Of a stretch of DNA of 64,000 nt, positions 52,905 to 64,000 are shown one piece after another. Within the stretch, counting starts at the first letter, position 1, and every line of letters begins with the position of its first letter. Made by a program: the position numbers and the translations under genes. This DNA comes from Adineta vaga (taxonomy: Eukaryota; Animalia; Rotifera): positions 8,680,001-8,744,000 of the forward strand of contig CP075497.1 of assembly GCA_021613535.1 (NCBI GenBank), given 5' to 3'. The notes beneath the pieces were generated by a model that saw only the letters and a program-made list of their open reading frames with translations, did no database searches and was not told the DNA's origin.

Positions 52905-54054
52905 TTATTTCAATGGACCACGAGAAACAACTGCATAACCTTCACGTGCACGTTGAGATAAGCCAGCATATAATACAAGAGCAAGAAGTATTACACCGGC
53001 AACTATCAATGTCAAAACTGCGACACAGAAAACTGTCTTCGTTTTTGTTTCGGAATAAACAATAGCACAACTTCGTTCATGATAGTGTTTATTATCCGGT
53101 TTGTATTCACAATCTGTCAAAAATTATATTCTATTTTGCAAAGAAATATTCGAATTGATTTTGTTTTCATCTTACCTTCTGATATGCAACAACTTCTCGG
53201 AGCTCCCTTATAATCTGCTAATGGATCGAATTCATTGAAATAGCCACAGCAAAAAAGTTTCTACCAACATAAAAATTAGAAAGGCTAAATCTTAAAAGAT
53301 TTTCAACATACATTATTCAAAGCATTCGCCTTGGCTTGAGCTTCCGCTGTTGAATTATTATAATTTATATTTAAATCTTTGATTTCATCTGAAATACTCT
53401 TATTTAATCGACCTGTTTTATACAAAACCATTCCATAAGCGCCAACGACCGCTAGAACAATACAATCAATTTAATAACACGAATTCTTTCAATTCAATTC
53501 TTACCTAGTACTACAAATAAAATAAAAAGTAATACAAGTGTTGCCAAACGTAAATTAGAAATATCCTTCAGTGCACCAAGCACTCCCAAAAGCAAAGTAA
53601 TTATTAATAGACTGCCAACGACAATCAAGACAATACTAGCGATAAATAAGTTAAAATCGCCATAATTATAAGTGAACCCAAAATTTTGATATAATAAGAA
53701 GATTCCATAACCTAATGTAGCCAGGCCACTTCCGAGTGTCAATGCGGTAAATCCTCCTAAAATATAGAAGACGTGATTTTAGTGCAGATTTTTTATTCAA
53801 CTTCCTATTTGATAAATCTACTTTTCCTTTCTTTCTCATTTTTACTTTTATTCAACTAGTCTCATTATGCACCAGCAACTCTTTTGAATAAAAAAAACTA
53901 AATAAGATGTGAAACTAGTCGGATGTTAGAAGAAATGGAAGAAGATATAATAATTTTGACTTTATCAAGTTCATCGATTGAATATTTACTAGATACATTT
54001 CAATGAGATCTTACCTAATAAGCCTTTGGAGGTACCATCGATTTCTGCAGACAT
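52905..54054 (-). CDS. Tetraspanin, 5 exons
   Basis: Four TMs, CCG and PRSCC in the large loop, C-terminal GYAVV sorting motif. Confidence 0.92.
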
Positions 54055-55584
54055 GTCGAAATATTGAATAACGTGAGTAAATATATCTGAATGAAACAAC
54101 TAATTGAGTTGTTGTGTTTTCTTCTAACTGAAATTTAATAAGAAAATATTTCTAAGCAGAGAAAAAAAGTGAAAGAAAATTCTGCTTGAGATGGTCGGCA
54201 CTACGGTTTTACTTCATTACTGTGATGTAAAAAGAAAAAAGAAAATGATGTCAAAAAAAAAGAAAAAAAGCTCGGCTTTTTCTTCTCCTCCTTCTCTTCT
54301 TCTATTTCTTCTTCTTCTTCTTCTTCTTCTGCGGTGTAAACTAAAAAAGTGCTCAAAAAGAAATGGAATTTACTGCTCGTCTTTCTCTCTCGAGTGTCCG
54401 GTTCAGAAAGAGAAAGACATGGATATATGAAGATTGTCTATTTTTTCTCCTTCTTACCTATGTCGTATACGTGTGAATGAAGATAATACACCTTTTTTTC
54501 ACTACCGAACTCCAATGAGAGACAGACAGAGAGCGCTCACACACACACATACATCGTCTGCCTATGGCATTATCCTCTTTTCTTCTCTTGCTATTTCGCT
54601 CGAAATTTGAGCGAGTGCGACGACAAGACAAAATTTTAACCAGTCAACTCTAGGTGACAATAAGAGAAGGAAAAAAAATATGAATCTAAAGGATATGCTT
54701 GTATATACTGTGACCGAGCTCGCAGAGAATGTTATTTATTGAATAAACTAAATGAATATACTGAACGGATAAAACGAAGAAGAGGAGAAAAATGAAGAAA
54801 GTTCATCGTCAATGATGTTGAAAAAGGTGTATATAAACAACTAAATGAAAAAAAAGAAGAAAAAGAGTCGATAGAAAAACTAACTACAGGGTTACCAGCA
54901 TAATTATACTAGAATAAAGACAACGTCGAAGTATGCCATCTCCGATATAGACGTAGAGAAAGGAGAAGAAAAAAAAGGATAAATGTATGTGTGACGCACA
55001 ACCCATAAATTAATCTTTATCCCAAGATTGCTCTATTTATACATCTCGCTTGAATGATGGCAAAGAAAAACTGAGAATATTCTTGAAAAAAAAAATGATT
55101 GAAAGAATGTTTTTAATGATAAAAAATGCAAATAAGATACGAATAAACTATAGACATAGTTTAGATCAATGTCTGCTCATGAAAATTCAATTAGATTTTT
55201 ATGACAATGTTTGCTCTTTTCTCTGTCTTTAGTCTATGTATGTATTTTGGACATATAAAGTAAGACAGAATACGTGCCAAAACAGTTGCCTATCCTATCA
55301 AAAAGTACAATAGTGAATAGAAGTGTGTTTCAATGTTGATCAAATTATATTTGCAAGACATGAACGAAAATGATATTATCGACTATAAAGTGGAAGAAAT
55401 TCTCGATTGAATCTTTAGACAAACAAGAATGTCTCAATTTTGTTCTGTTAAAAGCACCGGAAGCTGTCTATACTAAACACGTCTAATTATTTAGATAACC
55501 ATATGACAAAATTGAACTAGAAATAGCAATTTGTATGAGGTTTTATTTCATGTGAATAGTTTTATAAATAAAAACAAATTGTCA

Positions 55585-56592
55585 TCAATATCTTCTCCAA
55601 TAAAACATCGATCGACAACAATAAAAAAATAAAGTTCGATATCGTCGATTAAACCAACTATATATGATGGGATTATGACAACAACTACTAAGACTTAACC
55701 AATAAAATAATAAATACATTGTTGTATCATTACATTTATCTATTTGTACTGAACGTGTAGGTGCGATTTTTGATGATGATGATGATGAGATAAAAAGTTC
55801 TCGTAAATGTATGAAATGTATTGGTGTACGAGATAAAACAAAAATAATTACTGTAATCAATAATAACATCGATGAACGTGTACGTGTTTGTTCGAATGCT
55901 CGAAAACGTTGAACACCAATTATTGTTCGACGAGATAATATTCGTATTGTTAAAGTACATAGAATAGAAATAATGAACAATGGCATAATATAGAATAGCA
56001 TAACTACACAAAAAATTCGTGTTCGAAGTATATAATCATTTAAAAAATGTTTAGCTATTGTAGGAAGAAGTATTTGACATCCAATGACATGCTTTGTTGA
56101 AACGAAATATATTTGAATTCTTGTAGAAATTAAATAACTCGCAGATAATAATATAGATAAAATCCATGTAAATAGAAGAATACGAAAAAGTTTACGTCGA
56201 TAATATTTCAAAAGTGGATTTTGTATTAAACGATAACGATCATATGCAATTAAACATATTGTAAATGTTGAAGCATTATAAGCAAGAATTTGAATGAATT
56301 TATTTGATATACATATATATGAACTCAAAGGTAAGTTTTCAAGAGAATATTTTGAACAAGATAGAAATTGAATTAACATCGTTAAACTTAGTAAAGTATC
56401 GGCTAAAGCAAGATTAAATAAAAAGATTCGCGTTGTATTTAAAGGAAATTTCACTGTTGATTGAGATAATACGTAATGTCGACGTCGAAAAGTTACTATA
56501 AAGACTAGTCCATTATTAAATAATGCAAATACTGCTGTTAATGTATAAAGTACAAGAAGAAGAATATCTCGTAAACGTATCAATTGATCCAT
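55585..56592 (-). CDS. Rhodopsin-class GPCR, neuropeptide-receptor-like
   Basis: Seven TMs, FLFNLALAD, IAYDRY, FYIMPL, SSCCHNPIIYSWFN. The N-terminus may have an unidentified upstream exon. Confidence 0.88.
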   Translation of the reverse strand: MDQLIRLRDILLLVLYTLTAVFALFNNGLVFIVTFRRRHYVLSQSTVKFPLNTTRIFLFNLALADTLLSLTMLIQFLSCSKYSLENLPLSSYICISNKFIQILAYNASTFTICLIAYDRYRLIQNPLLKYYRRKLFRILLFTWILSILLSASYLISTRIQIYFVSTKHVIGCQILLPTIAKHFLNDYILRTRIFCVVMLFYIMPLFIISILCTLTIRILSRRTIIGVQRFRAFEQTRTRSSMLLLITVIIFVLSRTPIHFIHLRELFISSSSSSKIAPTRSVQIDKCNDTTMYLLFYWLSLSSCCHNPIIYSWFNRRYRTLFFYCCRSMFYWRRY

Positions 56593-58543
56593 TTGTTGTT
56601 GATCATATTGAACCCATTTAGATATAAGAATTTCTGTCGAATGCTACTTAGTTCTTTTTTTCCCCTAATAAATGAAGAGAATCTGTTATGAATAATTGTT
56701 TTGACTGGTCTTTATCAATAAATTCTTATAATATGACAAGTAGAAAATGCTTTAATACTTTTCATAGAAGTATCCTCATGTCTTTCAATTAAATATTCGT
56801 AATCGATAATTATATTTCCACAGAAACATGCATTATTTAATGAAAAAACTCAAAAAAGAAACATTCTTTTGCCTTATTACCTAGACAAGCACATAACGAC
56901 ATAATACGATAAAATAGTGTCATCCGGTTTCATCTTATTTGACAAAAAGGATCTTATTAGTTTATAAATTGACGTAATTGGTACAATGTCACATAAAACT
57001 TTATTGGTTTGATTTTAGTTGTTCACTTTGCTATTTTTCGATACCTAAAGTTGAGATTCTTTTGACTTGTTATGCTAATAATCGTGCTCATTCTTAAGTC
57101 GACGAATAAATTCATGAACATGAGGGAGTAGTGAAAAAACTCGTTGACGTGCAATACTTGTAATTTTCAGTAAAATTATTTGTTCTAAGCTGTTTATTTT
57201 GAGTATTATCATGTATATTCTATAGTTCAATGGAATATCGACGTGTCTTTGAGAACACGCACAAAATTGACGACTATAACAAACTGTATTGATAGTCATT
57301 CTCTTAATTAATAAACTAGGAAAAACCTTTTATAGAATAGAACAAATTTGGACAGATTTATTTTTTTGAGAGAAAAAAATGTGGGGAATAAATTTGGACT
57401 CGATCAATGAAATAATTACGATAAAATATTCATATTCGAAGAATAAACAGATCTATATTCACGACATTCGTATGTCAATATGCATGAACGCTCAAGTTAA
57501 TCTAGACGAGAGATCAAAAGAAGTTTGTCGTTTATCTGAATCAGCGCATAATCTTTTCCACGAGTAAGTCATTATATTGAATATCAATAAGTTTTCATTA
57601 GACTATACCATAAGAATAAACCTTTATATTCAATGTTGATCTATATTGCCTGTATAAAATACAATAAATTATCGTCAGACACGCTTAAGTGAACTTGTTT
57701 TCTTTCTTCTTTGTTTGTTATTATCATTAGAATCAGTAATACAATATACACTCCAGTGAGTGTCACACCGATGCATATATGTAGGTCTAGTTTATACTGA
57801 GAAAAAAAACTATTTTACTTAGTTTATTTTAGTCAGCTTGTAATGAATGTATTGGACGAAGTTTGAATCAGAGCTTAACAAACCGTCTGCAAAGCATTGC
57901 TCTCGTTGAATCAATGGTTCAACTCTGGAAAATTCATTAAAAATCATTCTCATACAGCTACTTAATTGAAAATAAGATGAAGAAATACATGATTCATGTT
58001 TTGAATAAACCAACTTGAAAAATGGCCTCATCAAATTTCAAACAAGATTTTTGATTCCAAAACACAGATGATAACGATTATTCTGTCGTTTAAACTGTTC
58101 AATCAGGACAAAACAGATGAAAATCATTCAACCAACTCATACATATATATAATTAACATTTCCTCATTTAACTCATTTCGTCGACAGTTATATAGTAAAA
58201 TAAAACATGTATGAATAAACGACCTCGGATTCTTTGTCTGCATTGATTACATTGGTTTTGAAAAGTTTGATATAACTGTGAAAGAAAAATATATTCACGA
58301 TAAGATAAATGCATGGTTCAAAATGCGCAGTAAAGTATATACTTGACTTTTCTTCGATAAACTTTCTACCGACAACTAACGCCCACTATATCCATATTGA
58401 TATAAGTATACTATGGACGAACCATGATTATTTTATTTCGTAAGTTGTGTAGTTTAGTATCATTTTCTGATTTATAGTGAACGTACTCGTTTTAGATACG
58501 TTTTTGTTTTTTACTTGCTTTTCAAGAACGAGAAGAATACAAT

Positions 58544-59366
58544 ATGGTGAGATAATTTATATCATTCAATACATTTGATAAGTTTTCTTTTAGTCAAAAG
58601 ATAAAAAACTTAAAGCTAATGGTAAACCTATTCATCCAAGCAGTCGAAAAGCCAAGCAAATTTCGAAAATAGAATGTCATAGTGGTCGTGTTGTGAAGTA
58701 AATTGATCTCTTCGTTATTTTGTCAATTGAAATTACTTTTTTAGAAAACGTCAAAATACAAAAGCAAAATATAACAATCTTCGTGATCGAATTCAATGGT
58801 TTAAAGATCAATTAAATGAGAATCAAAGTCATTTGTCTAGACAAGAAGTTCATGAATTAGTTCAACGGTTAGTTTTTTCTTATGATTTTCTTCTTTCATC
58901 TTACTATACTAATATGTAGATAGATATCTTCAACGATTTCAAGATGAAATTGAACAAATTGATCTGAAAAATCAAATAGGTCAACGACAGAAAACACCAC
59001 AATATGCATCACGAAAATCATTGATTGAAACAACAATTGATGCTGAACGACATGAATATGAAACGAATGGTTTTGGTATATGGATATTTTCTGGAAAAGT
59101 TTTCAAATTTAATCTTTATTTTATTTTTCTAGAAGTTCCAAATTTGATGCAACCTGATGCTGTGAAAGAACTACGGTAAAATATATTTTTCTTTCGATTA
59201 ATCTTTACTTTGAATTTCTTTTATTAGAAATTGGGATGGTACTATTCGATTTATGCCACGTCTTAAATTATGTTTAATTAAACATAACGGTTCTACATCA
59301 AATAAAACGGAGCAAATTGTTGACATTGATCATGAAAGTGATTCAATGGATGATGTTGATGAATAA
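58544..59366 (+). CDS. TMA16: Translation machinery-associated protein 16, ATG-only first coding exon
   Basis: IHPSSRKAKQI, RIQWFK, YLQRFQDEIEQI, ERHEYETNGFEVPNL, LRNWDG. Confidence 0.9.
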
Positions 59367-60328
59367 AAGAGAAGAAATTCAAGAAATACTAGAATTATTT
59401 ATTCTCTCATTTGATTTTCTTTTTATTTCGTACATATTTCTCAGATATATACTGATGTTAGACATGATAGAAGAAGAAATGACAAGCTTTACAATACATT
59501 TTCAAAAGAAATTACTTAATGAGTTAACGGAAAGATTGACTTTCTGACACAAAAGAAAGCAGATCACAAAGTATGCATAGTGATATTAATAATTCAACAG
59601 TTACTTTCATCAATGAGTTCGTTTGTTTTCCAAGATAAAGAAGTCGAGATTTATGATGAATAAATTCATATTTCTGTCGTTGATTCTCTCCTTGGTTCTC
59701 AATCGAATGATCGATCCAGAGATATCTCATTATGTTTTATCAACAATTGCAGATCAATTTCAATCAGATTATTGATTAGAACTGTTATGGTACTCTAAAT
59801 AGTACAATTCATTCACTTTTTTAAAGTTTATTTCATTTTACATGAAATTCAAGTAATATTGTGGTGTTTAAAATAGAGAAGGTATATTATAAAAATGAAG
59901 AATGACACTCTTTTCCTCTGTTTCTTCCTTCATTGTTATTGAAAAGAAGTGAACAGAGTAAAAAGTACTATCTAACGACAATTCCTCATGTTCAGTAAGT
60001 AGGACTATATTCTGCATTGTGCGTTGGTTACGGATGTTACATGTTGATGATGACAACACCTTTCCGATGGAATTGTTTATGAAAAAATTTGAAACAGTAT
60101 TTCTTTTTTTAGCGAGAGTGTAACAATTATTGCCTGGTGTTGCACAGTCTGTTTCCATGTCATTCATTTAGTCGAGTAATAGTACTCTAGTTTGTTCTCT
60201 CTCTCGTTTTCTCTCTCTCTCTCTCATTTTGTAGAAAAGAACTCTATTAACATTATTTTATATATTGTCATTATTTGTAATAACCATCTTGAGAAGAAGA
60301 AGAAGAGAGAAAAGAAGGTGTTGAAACC

Positions 60329-60754
60329 ATGCAAATCAGCGAAAAGCTTCTGCTTATCATCACAGCTATTGTCACAGCACTATCAGCATTCTTTTGTGTT
60401 ATTGGATTAGCCACACCACGCTGGTCAATTGCAAGTGGATTATTCTGTGCAGGTTGTTCAACATCATCATCGGGTTTATCAATTATTGCCTTTCTTTTAC
60501 TTGTGGCTTCTGTTGTGATTCTTGGTCTATTCATCCTTCGAATTTTACCTCCATCAATTCGAATAATATGTTTGATTGTTCTTTTTCTTGCGAATATCTT
60601 TACATTATCTACATTTGCAGCTTATGTCAATGCAATCACTGGCTATTCATATAAATTAATGGTATTTGCACATTTTCTTTGTTATGTAGCATCGATCTTA
60701 GCTGCATTTTGGCTCGGTACTACATATACAACAAATGTCACACAAACAAATTAA
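60329..60754 (+). CDS. Small claudin/PMP22-like four-TM protein, intronless
   Basis: 141 aa, four hydrophobic helices, 'LATPRW..GLFC..C' and 'GYSY' motifs. Confidence 0.7.
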   Translation: MQISEKLLLIITAIVTALSAFFCVIGLATPRWSIASGLFCAGCSTSSSGLSIIAFLLLVASVVILGLFILRILPPSIRIICLIVLFLANIFTLSTFAAYVNAITGYSYKLMVFAHFLCYVASILAAFWLGTTYTTNVTQTN

Positions 60755-61271
60755 ATATCGATAGGTTAACATTGATATAAACAGTTTAAAAGAAAATTGT
60801 CTTCACATTCCTCTTGCTTTTCTTATCCTAATAAAAACATACACTTTAATATCATTTTAAAGTCTGTTAATTAATTAAATATTTAAAAACAATGAATTTT
60901 TGGATAAATTTAGAACTCTTTCGGAAAAAAACAAACCTTTCTTATACCCGATCAAATCTTTATTGCGTTTTATGTTTATGAAGTTAATCGCTTTTTCACA
61001 AGCGAAAGATTAATAGAATAGAAAGGGAATATAAACGTTACCTAGCGCTCTCTATTGAGTGTATAGAAAAACAACACATATCACCAATCCATAATTTTTT
61101 CCTTCGTTGGTCAAATTATACGATGAATGAATCACAATCACAATTATTATTATTATATTTGGCATTACATTACATACCTTACCAACGACGACGAACTTTG
61201 ATAAAATAAGTGAAGAAAAACGCATTTCTTTTTTTTGATTTTTTTCGATTTCAACAAGTTTTTTTGCCAAA

Positions 61272-64000
61272 ATGGTAAGACAATGATAAATGTTTTAATT
61301 TATAAATTTTCTATCGATTAACTTTATAGATGCATGAAGATGTTGATGATGATGAAGAGGAAGTAATACTCGATCGGCGAACATTAATTCATCAAGCAAA
61401 TGATGCTCATTCATCCAGTAATTCAGGACCAATACTTCTTGGTGTGAATCGATTTGATATTAAAGTTTATGAAGATCCAATCAAATCATCTCAAGCAAAA
61501 GTTATTCTTCTAGCAGCAACGTCTGTCGTAATTGTATGTCATCAAAAGTTCCTTTTTTTTTCTCATTTATACTTTATCGATTATTTTATTTTCTATATAG
61601 GGAATGCTCACTGGATTACTAGGACCAACATTTCCTTTTCTATCACAACGTATACCAGCTGATCTATCAGCAATTGTTTGGCTGATTGCAATGAAAGCAA
61701 TTGGTTTTCTTTTTGGAACAGTTCTAAGTGCATACCTCTATGCTTGGTAACATTCATTTTTCGTCTGTACTGAAAAACAAAACAAAAAATATGTGTATTT
61801 CGTTTTTTTTTCTCAAAAAGGTTCAATGTTTGTTGTTTACTTGGTCTATCATGTTTAGCAATCAGTTTTGGAGTTTGTTCACTTCCACTAATAACTGATT
61901 TAGCGACATTCTATTTAACTTCACTTATACTAGGCATTGGTTTAGCTATATCGTATCATGGTAAAGTAAAGACTAGTTTTTGAATGAAGAAGAAAATTAT
62001 TTTGGTTGACTCTAGGTATTGATGCATTGTATAATCGTATATGGAATCGACCATCATTATCATCCGTCAAATGGTTGCATCTACTAGTAGCTGTGGGTGC
62101 TATTCTATCGACATTGATGCTTTTTCCATCGACTGTTCCGAATAATGATGAAATTTTATCAACAACAACCTCACTACGTAAGTTATTGAATTTTTTTTCT
62201 GAAAATTAAACTAAAAATTTGAATGTATTGTTTTGTATTAAAGCATCTCATCGACCTCGTCGAGAAGCTGCAGTTGATATGGCATCTCTTCTGGCTTCAA
62301 TGGCACTAACAGATAACAATGATCCTGTTAAAAATATCACTGATTCACCAAATTATTTAAATAGCACGAATATCACGGATGATTTTGCATCAACAGTAAC
62401 AATGAGTACCATAGGAAAACCTGTTATGAAACCATCAGTAGTTGATACAGAGAATTTAAAACAATTGAAGGTGATTAAACCTGCAAGTAAAACCGATTCA
62501 CCAGATGCAAAAACAACATGTATTAAAACATTTTGTTGTTATCATCGTAATGTTACAAATCTTAACGGAACAACTAGTACCACTATTAATAATGATCCAT
62601 TTACTTGCAAAGAAAAAGATGATAAACAATTGATTGATTGTAACAGTGTTCTATTATCTTGTACGACATCAACATCACATTTTTGTTTCGTTGAAAACAC
62701 ATATATTCAATGTCGAATTGATCAAATTTGTATAAATGATAAAAATTTAGAATGCTCAATACCATTAATCGAAACTGCTATTAATGCCAGTAGTACAACA
62801 ACAGTTCTCACTAAATCTCCATCAACTATAATAACAACAGTAACAACTTTACCAGCAACAGTTTCGTTATCAACAACTACATCAACAACTACATCAACAA
62901 CGACGACAACGACAGTAACAACAACAACAACAACAACAACAACAACCACAACTACCGTAACGAGTACGTTTTCGAAGAAACTTTTTATTGAAGAATGTCC
63001 TTCCATAGCTTTGTAATCTTTATCTTACTGCGCTGGATAAAAGATCATGATACGATATATCTTATATATGAATCTTTTCATTTTTAGCATCAACTACGAC
63101 AACTACACTTCCCCCACCGAGTACAACTACAACTCGTCGTAATAAACCATCTGTGGCTGAATCAGATATTGATGATCTCTCAGAAAATTTATTCTATAAA
63201 AAACTTCACTTATTTTTCCAATCAATAACATCGATTCATTTAATTTATTTATTTATTGCATTTGTATTTTTTCTTTTGGGAATATTCTATTCAACATTAG
63301 CAATGCGTGGCGACGGAATTCATTCTTCGTCACCTAAACCTACACGAGTAAATCCTTTATCATTATTATTTGGTAATTCTCATCGAATAGCAACAAATTC
63401 TCATACTCATTTATCATTACTATCAGATCGATCGTCACTTAGATTTGTTCTTCTTCTTATCCTATTCTATTTTCTTATGGCAGGAATCGAAAGTTCATGT
63501 ACTTATTTAACTTATTTATTTGGTCTTCAATTAACATTTACACAACATCAAAGTTTAATGATTCAATTTCTATTTTTCATTGGACTTCTTTTCGGTCGTT
63601 TAATTGATATGTTTATGGACTATGGTTGTTTCCTATTCAATACTCGAATAACAACACGAACGAAAAAACAATCCGATCGATTTCATTTAATATCAATTAA
63701 ATTTTGTATACTTATTCGTTTAATTCTATTATTTATTTTCTGTTCTACATTAAGTTTTTCACATTTATTTCAAGAAAATTCTCCAACAAAATCATCCAAT
63801 CCATCGATACAAATGTTTTATTTCATTTTCTTTCTTATTGGTTTATTAATTGCATCTATTCCAACATTAATCTTAGTTTGGATTGAACGTGATTTAAGTT
63901 TAAATGAATCACTTATGCAAATGATTTTCATAACAATAACAATAAGTGAAACAATCTTTCCATCTTTTCTATTTTATATTATCAAACATCGTGTTCGATC
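61272..64000 (+). CDS. MFS transporter (MFSD4/NaGLT1-like) with large Cys/Thr-rich loop; 3'-truncated by the window
   Basis: GMLTGLLGPTFPFL, WLHLLVAVGAILS, FYFLMAGIESS, FFIGLLFGRLI; hydrophobic helices on both sides of a ~300-aa insert. Confidence 0.7.

Noticed and set aside
57819-58100. Possible transposase remnant
   Set aside because: Only a vague peptide resemblance; no terminal repeats, target duplication or catalytic motif seen.
59868-60167. 99-aa minus-strand ORF
   Set aside because: No motif, splice structure or family resemblance; may be chance or a remnant.

Overview
AT-rich (~30% GC by eye), gene-dense eukaryotic DNA with many ~50-70 nt GT-AG introns. The gene content (myosin XVI-like, SOCS7, Tob, tetraspanin, rhodopsin GPCR, Cys-less pentameric channel) is metazoan and the style suggests a bdelloid rotifer; this is inference, not verified. 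I spliced about 22 protein-coding genes by hand: CFAP44 3' part, a small basic ORF, a MARVEL protein, LRRC41-like, an ankyrin-myosin (MYO16-like), a CFAP20 paralog, Tob, PRPSAP, a Cys-less pLGIC with a collapsed pseudogene copy, a decayed PAN/apple gene, SOCS7, ITPA, two trypsin-like proteases, a secreted (GQTPPAN)17 repeat protein, a tau-like repeat protein, a Cys-rich secreted protein, an ApoD-like lipocalin, CPOX, GPATCH4, a tetraspanin, a GPCR, TMA16, a claudin-like protein and an MFS transporter (5' part). No rRNA, tRNA, CRISPR or intact transposon was recognised. Best leads: (1) a candidate GPATCH4-CPOX operon with 44 nt between stop and start and an unpaired splice acceptor, which could be resolved by SL trans-splicing; (2) candidate mutually exclusive converter exons and an internal alternative first exon in the myosin; (3) a secreted heptapeptide-repeat protein missed by the ORF track; (4) a protein with one tau-like repeat per exon; (5) a channel pseudogene shaped by microhomology deletions and apparent gene conversion. 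Family assignments come from remembered motifs; no database search was run.
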